Virus record (IMG/VR): IMGVR_UViG_3300045921_000730
Coordinates: 62,001 to 126,000 of that record
Length of the DNA stretch: 64,000 nt
Reading direction: 5' to 3' (one strand)
Shown: one piece after another, positions 38,306 to 52,800 of the stretch
Layout: each line of letters begins with the position of its first letter
Numbering within the stretch: position 1 is the stretch's first letter
Position numbers and translations under genes: made by a program
The notes under the pieces: generated by a model
What the model was told of the DNA's origin: nothing
What the model saw: only the letters and a program-made list of their open reading frames with translations
Database searches by the model: none

Positions 38306-39487
38306 TTACGGTCCAATGCCTGGAGTTCTTTTTACGGAGATTGTTAAAGTATAAGTTATAGTCAAAGTTCTATTTCTAGATTTTAGAATTGGTGAGAAAA
38401 CTAAATGAGCTAACAACCTTTCACGTTCAAGTTGTGGTTGTGTTGGATCATTTCGTACACCTTGAGCTTGACCGTTTACGGCTGTTAAAAGTGAGCCACC
38501 AAGAGGAGGGTTAATAGAAGTTAGAAAAGCGGTTGTGTTAACGCCAGCGAGTTGAATAGAAGACGTAGAACCGGCAGAACCGCTAGTAAATTTTAAAAAC
38601 CCAAACGTTTGTGCTCCAACGATTGAAGGAAACGCTCCTGAATAATCTGTAATTGAAACAGTTGTTCCTCCCGGCAAACCAAGTCCATTAATTATTTCAC
38701 ACAAATCACCATATAAAATTTCACCTCCTGAACCACTACCGCTTGGTGGTGTCACAAAATTAATTGTTTGAACAGGACCCCCGTCAACAGATATATCAAA
38801 GGAATATGGTGTGTTTGGTGATAGACCAGTATTATCAGTTGATAGACGATTTCCTACATCAATATATTGATATCCGGGAGTGTCTGTTGCTGGTGCCCCT
38901 CCAGTATAAAGACCAATTTCATCAAACACAAAATCTTCTTCCGTATTTTCTGAAGGAGGATTAATATCTGATCTGTTTTGTGATAATGGCTCTTGAGCAT
39001 TAAGAACACAAGTAATCACAACACGAGACGTTACACCAAGTTCCTCACTTCTTACGCCTGGACCAGATACGTGCGGAATTGATGGAGGATCAGCTGAAGG
39101 GACAGCTCCACCGCCAGCACGAATGTTTCCTATCTCAGCAGAACCAGGGTCTGTTCCAAGTAAAGAAAATGGTTGTACTTGATCATCAATAATTTCTGAA
39201 TATGTTTCGTTATAAAGTCTTGACGTCCACCCGTCTGTGGATGTATCAGGTGGAAGACCGTCGTTAGGAGTTCTATATGAAACAGTAAAAGCAGAGTTTA
39301 CTTCCGTTCCACCATTACCAAACGCCATTCTGTAAATATAATAGTTATCTTCATGCGCAAGGGCTCTTGCAAAAACACGTGCCATATTTTGTGGATGTAT
39401 AGCATTGTGCTTATTAAGCAATACTTCTCCAAGATCATTTACAATTTTGCAGTGACCATCTACACTAACAGAAAAAAGTTCATTCAT
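38306..39487 (-). CDS. Virion structural protein (baseplate/tail-associated)
   Basis: KHNAIH, FGNGG, FDEIGL, FSPILKS..ITYT; located in the structural block. Confidence 0.65.
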   Translation of the reverse strand: MNELFSVSVDGHCKIVNDLGEVLLNKHNAIHPQNMARVFARALAHEDNYYIYRMAFGNGGTEVNSAFTVSYRTPNDGLPPDTSTDGWTSRLYNETYSEIIDDQVQPFSLLGTDPGSAEIGNIRAGGGAVPSADPPSIPHVSGPGVRSEELGVTSRVVITCVLNAQEPLSQNRSDINPPSENTEEDFVFDEIGLYTGGAPATDTPGYQYIDVGNRLSTDNTGLSPNTPYSFDISVDGGPVQTINFVTPPSGSGSGGEILYGDLCEIINGLGLPGGTTVSITDYSGAFPSIVGAQTFGFLKFTSGSAGSTSSIQLAGVNTTAFLTSINPPLGGSLLTAVNGQAQGVRNDPTQPQLERERLLAHLVFSPILKSRNRTLTITYTLTISVKRTPGIGP

Positions 39488-39501
39488 TATAAAAACTCCT
39501 A

Positions 39502-39720
39502 TTATATTTGTCTTACGCTTGTTGTTAACTGTTTAATGGCGTTGTGAAATGCTACGGGCTCAACAGAAGCTTGACCCAAATGAAAAAGTTTTATTAAATT
39601 TTGATCAACGTTGTTAAAAACAAATGTACCCTTCTGGCCTTGTTTTTCGATGCCAATCATTGAACACGCGTTAATTTTTAAAAATGCTGCCAAGACGATA
39701 TCTGTTGTTTTATATTCCAT
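39502..39720 (-). CDS. Small hypothetical protein
   Basis: 72-aa ORF (TTDIVLAAFL..FVF). Confidence 0.6.
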   Translation of the reverse strand: MEYKTTDIVLAAFLKINACSMIGIEKQGQKGTFVFNNVDQNLIKLFHLGQASVEPVAFHNAIKQLTTSVRQI

Positions 39721-39763
39721 AATTCATTATCCCTAATGTATTTATTATTTTCTATACGATAGT

Positions 39764-40846
39764 TCAGATATCCTGTAAATTATGTAAAGTAATTACTGTT
39801 TGGAGGGTTTCGTCGAGGCCGCCGGTGTCGAAAAATTGTGTGTCGAATCCAGTTGGCAAAATTAAACTTTCGTTGTCGGGAGTTGTTCCTGGTAAACCTA
39901 ACGGAGCAACACCATACAGATTTCCGTACGGCAAAACACCGTATCCGAGTGGTTCATTTTCAGAAATGTCTGATTCAATAGAATCAGAAACATCAACGCT
40001 AAAATCAAATGTAATTGTTTCACCTATAAAAACGTCCGTAAAAAGAGCGTTTGCTGTGCCTAAACGACAATGAGGTGCTTGTGGATCAACATCTGTAGGT
40101 CTTATTAATCTGATACGTCCATCATAAGTTTGTAATATTGGTTTTGATCCTGTTAACGGTTCTGCCAAATAAAGAATTGTGTTTGTTCCGTCAAAAATGC
40201 TTGCTTGTACAAGATATCTGCCGTCATTTTGTCCAAGATAACTATTTTCTATTAAAATATAACTACCGTGAAAATATTTTTCTTTTTGATTCCCTGAAAT
40301 TGTTATAGAATTTATAGAAGTACTACTATCTAAAATTAAATCGTAAGATATATCAAAACGATAAATTGAGCCGTGCGGTGCGGCTGTAGATATTATTGCT
40401 TCTTGAACATCTAATCTTGTTTGTGGACCAACATTTACAGCATTAGTAATCGTATAAAATCCATTAGCATTACCGACATTTTTGCCGACAACTATCAGTG
40501 ATCCTGGAGCAAATGAAATTGCGTGATTTCCGTCAATAAACCATGAAGCGGTTCCTGGTGTGCCAGTTATTACACCAACAATTTGAAATAATGTTGTTGA
40601 AAAATAAGATGGTAAATCCCAAACAATTTCAAAACCACAATCATAGGTCGTCAGTACATCATCTGTAAAAAAATGTTTATCTATAGTGTGTTTTTCGCAA
40701 ATATCAACTTCTATATTGTCGTTCCAGACGTACTCAATCGACACATCAAGTATTTTTGTGTGATATGGTTTTACTGTCTGTACGTAAGTTATAAACGCTT
40801 CTGTTGGATCGACACGTTTTAGTGCTTGTATAAATTGTGAGCTCAT
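39764..40846 (-). CDS. Virion structural protein
   Basis: YVQTVKPYHTKI; beta-rich; coupled to the giant ORF. Confidence 0.6.
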   Translation of the reverse strand: MSSQFIQALKRVDPTEAFITYVQTVKPYHTKILDVSIEYVWNDNIEVDICEKHTIDKHFFTDDVLTTYDCGFEIVWDLPSYFSTTLFQIVGVITGTPGTASWFIDGNHAISFAPGSLIVVGKNVGNANGFYTITNAVNVGPQTRLDVQEAIISTAAPHGSIYRFDISYDLILDSSTSINSITISGNQKEKYFHGSYILIENSYLGQNDGRYLVQASIFDGTNTILYLAEPLTGSKPILQTYDGRIRLIRPTDVDPQAPHCRLGTANALFTDVFIGETITFDFSVDVSDSIESDISENEPLGYGVLPYGNLYGVAPLGLPGTTPDNESLILPTGFDTQFFDTGGLDETLQTVITLHNLQDI

Positions 40847-40848
40847 AA

Positions 40849-43800
40849 TTATTCTTCAAACAGTCCCGAAACTTCTAATATTCTAACACCCGTTAATGCT
40901 ATCCATGAAGTCTTAAACAGTTCTTTATATTTAGATTTTGTCGAGAATGCATCCAACAGCACTTCAAACCAAATGGCATTTACGTGTTTATAACCAAACG
41001 TATTATAAATTGCATTCATTGCAGCAATAATATTTGCTGGTGTATCAAATGAATACTGAGCAAAAAAACTATTAATATCAACCGGTGCAAAATTAATATC
41101 AGGACGCTGCAAATAATTTAATATCGTTTTCTTTGCAAGCTGTCCATTTACAAACGTTTGGTCATCACCCAACCCATATTGTGTATCTGTGCCATGAACA
41201 GCATCATATAACTCTCTTTCTAGAGACGGAACACGTATTGTTGGATCATCGATCTTAAAACCAATTAACGATTCAGTAAGTCTGTCCCACAAAACTCTAT
41301 CTATATTAAAAGGTTGTTCTTGTCTAATTAATTTCCATTCTGTGTGTGTATTTTTCAAATTAACACTCGAAGGACCATTTTCCAAACTATCTCTCAAAGT
41401 TAAATCTCTTGTAAATCTTAATGTATATCTATCATCTGTTCTAATATAACTTGCAGCATTACGGAGCACTGCTTGTCTATAGAAAATAGGAATTACATTA
41501 AAATTGTTATAAAGATATGGTGAACTATAAACAATTCCATAAATTGCACCGTAGCCATAAGTTTCTGTAATAGACGGATCGTCTTGTGGTTTTTGTACTA
41601 CAAGATATGAAATTGGAATTGAACGCAAAGTTCTTGCAATTTCTATTGGTGGCATTGATAATGGATCGTTAGGATTTTTATATGTCGTATTTTCCACCCA
41701 ATAATAATACAATTCAGTTAATCTATTATTGTTATTAACGTCAGCAATTGTTATTGTTGTATATTCATAATCTTCTTTAAATTGTTCGTGAATTGTTCCA
41801 TCATCTTCGGTATCAGGATCAAAATTAATTTGTTCTGTTGTTAATGCAGGTTCTTGTCTTACAACAGTAACAAAATCGCTACGATTGAATGTGTATGAAG
41901 GTAGCGTTATTTGATTCGACGAATTAACAAGCAATTTAAATAATTTAATCTTTCCGTTTACCATTACATCAACCAAATCATTTTTATCAAAACTCGAATT
42001 TAATTGTATGGTCGAAGGTGTTAATGTTGCAAAATCAACATTGGGATTAAACGATTGTTTAACAAGCGGCTTCCTCAACCAGTTTTTCAGCTTGAATGCA
42101 GGAACGACACTCAATATTCCCGATCCCGCATCAATTAAATTCACATTTGTTAAAGTTTCGTTCGATGCAATTCTAAAACGTTGTATTGTTGGTGCTACAA
42201 TAGGTAAGTTTTGTAAATTTGTAACACTATATTTTACAGACTGTTGAATATTTGTTGGTAACACATCCGTTGATGTGAATAACGTCAAATCATTTTCTTC
42301 AAATGGATCTTTCGAATTGTATGGAACTTCAATCCATCCATAATCACCTGGTACAGACAACAAGAAAGTTACGGGTGTTAATAAACCAGAAGGAACACCA
42401 ACAATCGAAGAAATTAAATTGTTATCAATCAATGCTATTGTCGAATTCGTGCCAACCGATGAACTGATAAATCTTAAGTTTCCTGATGGTGTAAGTTCTA
42501 CACTAAATGTTCCATTAGCAGCACTGTTAATGTTTGCTATTAATTCTGTAAATGTTTGTGAAGCATCGCCATCGATTGTTATTGGAACTGGGACACCATC
42601 GACAACCACCGTCATTGTAAGCGGTGTGCCGTTTGTTCCATTGACAGGTGGTATTAGTGTTGCAAAATATGCGTCTTGGCCTGGTATTGGTAATCCAACA
42701 GCCACAAATCCGCTCAATGCTGTTGTGAACAAAGTTCCGCCCGTTGTTGTATAGTAAACTTTAATTGTTACATAATCGATATTTGCTGACACAGAACCTG
42801 TTGAAGCAGCCGGTACAGTTAAACCTAATGATGCCGTAATATCAATACCAAAGTTTGAGTTATTAAGATCGGCTGGTGTCCACGTTGTACCCCACAAGTT
42901 AGAAGGGCTACCGTATGTTGTTGTTGAAAACGATAAAGGCCACGCACCGCTAGCCAAATTGTTTCCAACAGGACCCAACACATCTTTTCTTAACTGAACA
43001 ATAAAGTCGTTAACAATAGGACTACCAACTGAGCCGCTCGTATTATAGAATTTTCTTACCTGTGCTTCAATACCAAGAATTGTTGCTGATACCGGTATAT
43101 TAAAATTAAATCCTCTGATTGTTAATGTTTGTTGAGGCGCTGGTGGGTATGTTACTGGATTCTTAGAACCACCAGATCCTGAACGCGTACACGTTGTACT
43201 AATATTATCTAATGCAAGCGATGAGTTAGGATTTATCCAAGGAGAGCCGCCTCCTGATGTTATCGCATTACTTCCTCCGTTAGGATTTGTTTCAAGAACT
43301 GTCAACGACTCACCAATTGTTACTGAACCGGCAGATCCCAAAACATTTGAACGAATTCGAATATTTCCATTAACCAACGATGCCGTTGCACCTGTAATAT
43401 CAGCATTAATTTCTTCTATCAACATTCCATATATTGGCGCTGAACTACCAAGAACGGATATATCAAAATAATTTCCGTTAACATCTATTGGATGAAAATA
43501 AGTTGTTGGACCAACCAAACCGGTTGGTGAGGCTGATGTTTTATTATTTCCAACAAATACATCTTGATATGCATATGTTGCAACACCAACTTCCAGTGAA
43601 TTAAATAGATTAATATCTAAAATCTGTACACTCGAATTTTCACTTGATGATAAACTTGTTATTCTTAATCTTCCTGCAACAATACTTGCCACAGCAATCG
43701 TATCCAAATCTTGATTTATTGCTGACACCAATCCACCAAAGTTTGGCACGCTACCAACAGACACATTATAATCAATACCATCAACTCTTATAATTGCTGT

Positions 43801-46800
43801 ATATGGAGGTGTTGATTGTGAATTCCAAACAATTCCAGTAGCAGCATTAATTACAAACGGTGTTCCTGACGTTGTTCTCCATTCAACTTCTTGGTACCCT
43901 GGTGTATTATCATTTATTATTCCCGTGTCAGTTGTTCCATTAACAGGTATTGCAAACTGAACATCTTGATAACCTCTACCCTGTGTTTGTTGTATAGGAT
44001 TTAAAAACACAACATCCCCAACAAGAGGCTCTCTCATTCTCTTAAATATAGTTGTTTTTGGAGTTCCATTTAGCTTTAATTCTGATGAAATTGAAGTGTC
44101 GGCTTCTTGTACGAGTGCAATTCCTGTATACTGTTGCGGTGGTACAGTTGACTGGATCCATTGATATACTTTTGTATTACCAATGTCTGAGAAAATACCC
44201 CAATTAAATAATCTATCATTTACGTCTGTATAAATTTTATCGTCAAAATATGGCAAATAATCAAGATAACTACTATTTGCCCATATCGTTCCAACTTCAA
44301 CTTCATTCCAAGGATTCAAACTAACATCATCAAAAATTAATGTGTTTGTATATTTTGCTGGATCTGAATCTTTAAACACATTAATGTTATGTTCTGTTAA
44401 ATAGTAGTGTTTGTTGTATGCGGGATGCCAATAAGGTACCTCCGATATCACAACATTTGAAATTTTGTCTAATAATTTTCCAGGATTGTTTGAAGCAAAA
44501 CTCGGCCTCAAACAATAAATCTCTAAAATGTCATAGAATGCTGTAAAATCAAACGCAAGCGTCTGTGAATTAATTCTTATAAATCCATCTGTTCCACCTC
44601 CATCAACAATTAGCGACTCAGCCGTATATTCATTAATGTCATTAAAACTATCAACTCCTGGCTGTGATGGTTGAACACTTAAATAATCATCCAAAGAGTT
44701 AAACAAAAGATCCAATATACTAATACTTACATCCGACGAAGAACCTTTAAAAGCATTTGTGATTCTTATTGTGTCGTTGTACATTTGTGCACGACCATAG
44801 GGAGTTATTTTCGAATTTAGAAAATCAATTAATTCACCGAATGTTTGTACCTGAGATCCCAAAACAGAAATGTTGATTGTCTGAAGATTGTTAAATGTAA
44901 TTGATGTTGTATAATTTATTAAAGGATTCAAACCCGTTGCTTTTGCATCAAACAAAGGAACATTAAATAAAACTTCTTGATAACCAGGAAATCCACTCAA
45001 CGTTTTTCTTATTACTCGAACTGTATCACAGGGTTGTCCCAACTTAACATAATACATGTCGCTAGCACGAACAATTCCGTCTACAGGAATCCACTTTGTC
45101 AAATATGGACCACTGATAGTTGAATCAAACTTTCTTAGTGTTAATGTAGATGTGTCATACCAGTAATCTATACGATTAGCTTGTTCTTCAAGAGGTGGCA
45201 CATTTTTTACAAATATTGTCATTCGAGACACCACTTTAGCATCTAAGAACAACACCGAACCATTCAACGTTCGTTTTTGATCTGGATATTCGTACCACCT
45301 GGTATCGTCTCTAAATGAAATTACTTCAAATCGTTGCGATTTTGCTTGTTCAACAAATTGAGATTGCGAGGCTTCATTGTTAGTTAAAAATTCAAAACGA
45401 ACATCTTCGAGTGTTCCATCTGAAGCGAATAACTTCAGTTCTGGATAAACTTTTTCTCTTGCATCACCATATTCGGCGATCTTCCAAGCCCACGCTTCGT
45501 CAACATTAGCTGATATAAAACGTTTATTATTAATAAATGCAGTTATTGAATTGGTTGATCCTTTTGATTGAATCGCTCCTCTATAAAATTCAAATTGTGA
45601 TTTTTTATTAATGTTCAACAAATCAAGATATGGTAAAGATTTATTAAAACCAATTAAGTTTCTTGCATAATCAACAACAGGCGAAAAATCATTAGTGTTA
45701 TATACACTATAATAATTTCTCATGTCTGTTATCTGGCCTTCTATGTTTCGTTCGTATTGGTTGCCTAATAAATAATAGCCACCCAACGTTGGACGTAGTG
45801 AAAAATCATTCTTTTCATAATAACTAATACTGAAACGTTGTGCTTGTAATCCTTTAAATTGATCAAACACCAAAAAGTTTCCTGACGTGTAATCATTAAA
45901 AATCAATACGTGTTGATAACCAGTTATAAAGAAATGACCCCCACCCATATGAATATAATTATATGGATCGTCTATACCAGCAATTGATGGTTTCAAATCG
46001 TTTGGAATTTCTGGACGAATAGAAATTCGTGAACGTTTATCTTCTCTATAAACTAATAATTTATCCGGCGTCAAAATTCTTCCATACTGATCAAATATCG
46101 ACTGCTTTATTCTAATATCTTCATACGGACCAGAAATAATATTTGCTAAAACACCCTGCGGTGTTGTAATCCAAACATTATTACGCATTGGATTAATTTC
46201 AAATGATGGAAATTGCGTTCTGGTTGTAAATTGAGAAATAAATTGTAAACCGCCACCAGCCGAAGAAACAACAACAGCGCTTGAAGGCGTTTTTGTTTTT
46301 GTTGTCGATAGTTCAAACAAACCGGGTATTGTTGAATTGTGAACGTAGTATGTTACATCTGCTGATAACCCCGTTGGCAAAGAACCTGTTGTTCCAACTT
46401 TAACAGCAGTGCCAGCAACCCAAGCCGGTACTTGATCGGAGAAAGCGAACAATGAACCCGAACCATTTACAGAATTTTGTAATGGTGTGCTATCAAACAA
46501 ACTACCAAACAAATCTACATCAACAATATTAACAGACGAAAACGGACCTGTACTATTTGATGTTATACGTACAGCACCATTATTAAACGTTTCAAAAGAT
46601 GCAATTGCTGGTATTGCTAGCAAAGTTAATTGTGCATTAATTTCTGTAATTAATTGTTGATATGTTTGAGATAAAGATCCATCAATCGCGACGCTCGTAA
46701 AGGGACTGCCATCAACAGAAAGCAAAAATGAATATGTAATTGATTGTAAACCGGTTATATCTGTTAAAGATTTTAAAACCTGAAAACCGTTTTGTTTATA

Positions 46801-49800
46801 GCCTTGTGTTCCCGGAATACTTTGGACACTAAAATTAAATCTGTCTTCTACACGAGAATTTATTCCTCTTGTTTGATAAGCCCAATCAATAAATCGTTCT
46901 ATTTCAAGTTGCCACGAAACTGTTCTTTGTGTATCTGGATCGGTTTCATAAACTTCTACTAAATTATATCTTACATTTTTATCTTCTTGATATGCCTTAT
47001 ATCCATCAATAATATTAATCAGGCGTTGGAAACCAGCAATCGTTGATGGTGGTGAAAATGTGCGGATTTTTGTCTTATCTAATGCATAATGGAACCAAAG
47101 TTCACGCGAAGGACCAACGCCTCCAAATACAAAGAAACTTGAATCAACTTCACCGACATATTGTTCACCATTTCCTTGATTAACGATATCAATTGCTATA
47201 TTTGCGTTAGCGTTTGCAATAGAGTCCGCTAATCTGAATCCTTTGGCACCAACTTTTATAATATAAAATTCTCTCGATGTTGTTAATGGTGCTGGTAATA
47301 TTTGTGAAGATGTTATAAAAACAACTTGACCAGTTTCCCACGGAAGTTCCACATCATTAATGTCAACAACGCCATCAGCAATGGACGACGGTAAAAGTTC
47401 ATTGAGAGTTATTCTTGTCTTATCAGACGATGGGTCATAAACTGACGATGATACAGAATATACACCATCGTTGGCTGTTGATCCGCTGATCGTTATTTCT
47501 ACTTGAGGAACAAAATGATTTACTTGATCGCCACCAACTTCTATCAATTTTGCATTTGACAAAGCACCAGTTATTCTAAAAGCAAACGCCGATGCTGTAT
47601 TTGTTATTGGATCAACAATAAATGGATATTGTTTCACATCATAATAAAATATTGGTTTCGATACTAAGGATAAAACATCTAAAGACATTCTCCACTGCGT
47701 TTGATTGTTATATTGTACAATTTTTGGCGGAGTTTTCAAAATTGTAACTTGGAAAGCATCTAGCCACACATCGTCTATTGCTCCCATATTTGAAAGAACC
47801 ACGTTGTAATCTTGTTGGTCTATATCATAAAAACGATTATTAATATCCAACGATGTTGTATCAACAATACCACTAAATTGATACGAAAGTTTTGGATCCC
47901 AATTTACCCAATAATTTCTGAAGTCGCCATTTGTATCATAACCACTAAATCTGTTATTATTAACATACCATTGGTTTAAACCACGGGCTGTAAACAAAGC
48001 ATTTTGAAATACATCACCATGAAATAGTGCATCTTCATGACTATATACTTGACACAACTGCTGTTCAATTTGAAGATTGTTTACACGTGTAAAATTCAAA
48101 CCAAAAGCATAATGCATAAATCTTACTGGTTGCATCTTAAATGCAACAATCATTTTATGATATACATATTCACTCGAAACAGACCACAGCCACTCAGTTG
48201 GACCACCTTCTCCATAAACAAAGTTTGAGCCTGGTGCCACTATTTCACCACTAAAGCTCGTAAACAACGATCTTACATATGTTGGAGTAGCATTTGGACC
48301 AAGTGTTGTTAATGCAAAATATGGTGGCAACAAATCATCAGGTGAATAAACTGCTGATGTTGATCCACACGGTGTTGTTGCTCCCGAAGATGTCAAACAA
48401 TCATCACTAATATTAACAGAAAAATAAATGTATGTTGGTAAAACTTGATTGTCTGCTATTGGATTACCAGTACTTAAAGAACCGTCAGGATATGTTCTTC
48501 CTGCTGGAACAATACCAACTCTAATATTTTGCCACATTCCTGTTAGAGTTGCATGATTATATATCCATCGTCTGTTTCCAGTTAGATCAAGATATTCGTC
48601 ATCCCACCACAACGGTTTATCATGATAGCCTTGAAGTTTCCATGGTTCAAGATGTGGATATGGTGTTCCATACCACCTTGTATAAAGTTCTTGCCAAGAT
48701 GCAGCGATTAGCGGCGAAACAAAAGTTGTTGGTGGTGTTGTAATTGTAGAGTTTATGTAGTTCCACGTAAATGCGTCTTGAGCATTATATTGTAAGTTTT
48801 CAAATGGAAAAACAATTTTGTTGTTTTCTACAAACGAATAAAATTGTTGTTTTTGTTTTTCGTCATAAACAGCCTGTTCACCAACGTCAGGTGTTAACGA
48901 GCTGTAATCAAAAACTAAGTTTTTGTAATCAGGTGAAACTTGATATAATTTTTCTTCAATACTATAAATTAATTCACACAAAATTTTACGAATGTCTTTC
49001 TCAACCCATCCCAACGAAACATTATTAGCAGGACCAACAGCAACCCACGTCAATCCTTGCTTTTCATACATTTGGTTTAAGAATGAATTGTAATAGACAA
49101 TACCATCTGGAAGTTCATTTCCGTTACTGTCTGTAAATAAAGGAGGCGTTGTACTGATTATTGCTTCAAATCTGTATAAAATTCTTTCGACGTTTTTATA
49201 CCAATAAACACCCGTTCTTGTTTGAAAATAACTTTGAAAACTTGCAAAAGTATTTGGTGGTGCACTTGAATTAATTACACCATATGTTGTATCTGGTTCT
49301 CTTGAATCGGGCGTGTTAATAAGTAAACGTATAATAGCATCCCGTTCCGTTAACGATAAATTTATTTGTTCGCGGTGACCATCGTGACAATAAACTTCAT
49401 ATATATTTAAACCTTTATCAATAATAATGTGCGGTTTAAATTTTTCACTTAAACCAAACATAGGGGGTGTTGAAATCCAATTACGAACACCCGTTTCTGT
49501 TAGTTGATTGAAGGCCGATGTGTCACCATAAACAAAACCATAAAAATCATTCGATTCATATTGATTCAAAATATTTTGATTAATAACACCCTGTTGATTA
49601 TAAATGTCGTCATTTGTCGTACGAGTCATTAAAGAAATAAATGAATTTAAATACAATTGTTTTATTGTCAGCAAACCATTATCATATTGATTTTGCGCAA
49701 ATTCAATAACACTTAACGGAGTTGTTTTTTGTTCGTTTATTGCTGAAATTAATGTATCATAACTATCATTATATTCTTTTATAGTACCACCGACCCAATA

Positions 49801-52800
49801 TTTCCATTCTTGTTGTGGCAAAATATTAACATTCGTTGTTTGTTGTGCATCTATAATTGTTTGAAAGTGTGTAATTAAATCTGCGTACGAAATTTGTTGT
49901 TTGTTTTTGTGCTCAATATTAAAACGCCATTGTTTTGGAATTTCCCAGTCGCCGTTTGGATCTCCAATCGTCAAAGGTTGTCTGTTTTTATCAACCCACT
50001 GTGGTGTGTATGAACCTTCTGACCATTGGTACCACGGACCTGAGCTATTGTATGTATATTGGTTTACTGATCTCCATATTGTAGTTAATGTCGGATCAGC
50101 CTTTTCAATCAGCAGCCCTTGAGGCGTTGGTGAATTTAATGGATTATCATATTCGGGCCAAGCAATTTCTTGCCAAACGTTCGAAAGTGCCTGTTTTACA
50201 ATTCGGTTTTTAGTATCATACCAAATACTATATTCATTATTAACTAAGTATGGTGGCGGTATTTCGCCAACATATGGTTTTGAAACTCTAATAAAATCAT
50301 TTGTATCAAAATAAACAAATGACATTTCCCAAACGTTGTTATTTCTATATTTGAGCTGATTTGTTTTTTCGTTATACCAAAAAGTTAAATTTGGTACTCG
50401 TTCGTCGTTTAAGCGAAACGCATATGTTTTTCCATCGTCACGTTCAACAAGCGTTTGTTCAAAGACAAAATTTGATGTTTGATTTTCGGCAACAACGCGT
50501 CGTTGAATATGTGGATTTACCGGGGCTGTTTCAGACTCCAAAAAACCAAAAAGACGTTTAGCACCTATAACTTCATTTGTGCATACATCGTATACATTGA
50601 ATAAAGGATATTGGTTGAACGATTTCTTTACTTGTTCTGTTTTAAAATATTCTATCGTTGATTTATAAACAGGTTGTGTTCCTGCAATCAATGAGGCATT
50701 AAAATCGCTTTCATTTTCAATTGTTCTTATGGGGACAAACGATTTACCTAAATCATTATAGGCATGTGGTGCTATTTGTATTTGAACAACATCAAATTGC
50801 TGTAATGGTTGGTCAAAAACAATTCCAGAAACAAATTCAAACGTTTGTGTATTATATGTTGTTGTACCAACTGCCGTATAAATTGGAATACCAACATTAG
50901 TAATTTCTTGATAATTACCATACTGTCTTATACCATTTACATATACAGCCAACGATTCTTGATTTGCTAAGGCAAAAGATGACGTTCCGCCAACAATGTT
51001 ACCGTCTGGAGTTGCGGTTAGTGGAATTGTTCCATTGACAGTTATTATTGTATTTCCAAAAGATAATGTTGAACTCTGAACAGAATATATACCATTAGCA
51101 CCACCAGTATTATTTCTAACGATAAACGGCGTTTCGGTACTAAACACTGATGTATAATCACCCAGTACAGTAAACGTCCCGTTAACACCAGAGACAACAC
51201 CAACAATTAATAAAGTAGAGGTTTGTGTATACTGTAATGAAACGTCCAGTTTAATGTTTGTTGTTGGCACGTTTACGGTTGTCGTTTGAAAATATTGACC
51301 AACAGTTATTGGTCCGACGTTTGTTGTCCCCGTATAAGAGAATGGTGCTTGCGTTGATGACAAGGCCCGTTTCAATATTGGATTTTCTTGTTGTGTGTCT
51401 GTTGGATGATCTTTGAAATTATTGACATCCAAAACCCAATGAGCATGATAACCGCGCCACAAATCACCAACTGACGTATTTGTTGGTTCAATTCTTACTT
51501 TATTGATACCACCACCGACCAAAGGTGCGGTAAAAGTATTTTCAGAAATCTTAACAATTGTTATTAAATGTCTGCCCTGAACGCCAGCAGGATCCGTTGG
51601 TAACGGTTCACGAACCAAAGAATATTCAACAGTATAAGTTTTGTTTAAAATTCCATCATCTCTAATTCTAAAAACAAAACCTGGAACAAATATTTCGCTC
51701 CAGTCAATATCTTTTTGTACAGACGAAGTATTATTGTACAAATATATAAACCAATTACCAGATGCTGGTGGTGTTTCTACAGCAATATAGTCAATTACGG
51801 GCGTTAATTCTAATAATGTTGGTTGAGAATTAACACTCTGAAAATCTTGACCTATTTCAGAACGATATTTCCACTGATATGTTCTCTTTGTCCAAGAATT
51901 TAGTTCGACACGAGAATCATATTCAAGAATTGGTACCTGTGCTCTTTTTACATTTTGTGTTGTTGAAAGTTGTGATTTATGGATCCATCTATTTTCTGTA
52001 GACCACTGCGAAGGTGTTATTAACTGGTCAAAACAAGAAACCGTTAAATCCCACAACACATCATTCAAAGACATATCAAGAACACGCTGAGAAAAATTGT
52101 AAAATATTAATACCCAGGTTGTTCCATTATATTGAAAGAGTGCGTCTTGATTTGTATCATACCACAGAGCACTTATGGTTGGTGGACCGTTTTGCGAAAT
52201 CCAACTTGCTTCTGTTGGATGAGAATATGGTTGGAGATACGTTTGGAAATCAGACGTGTTGTTGTCCCATAAACTTAAGTCCCAACCATAATCACCATAA
52301 CAAATACAGTTAGTTTCTTTAATAAAAATATCAAGTATTTCAGACAATGAAACAACGCTTGTAATTACTGGATTTGTTTCAACCCACGTTGTTCCATTCC
52401 AAGACATTAATTTTTCGTTTGTTGTATCAAACCACCACGTACCAATAATTGTTTGAGGCGTTGTTATTGGTTGCGTTGATGATTTTAAGACAAAATCTTG
52501 CTCGACACAAAGTTTAGTTTTATTCTCGAGAAGATTTTCTTCCTCGGAACAAAACTCTGGTTCAAAATACTCAACTGACAATATTGTATAATACTTGTTA
52601 TCAATATTAATATTTGGTGTCAATGTTGAAGGCTTGATAAAAATTTGTGCATTTGGCTGAAAAAGAGCGTCAAGTCTTCCATCTAATATGATACAATTAT
52701 TAACTATATCAATCTCAACAATCGGAAAAGTACTTCCGTACGTATTCAACAGTTGTTGATAAACGTTTGTTCGTGCTTGATATTTTAAGCACGGATTTTC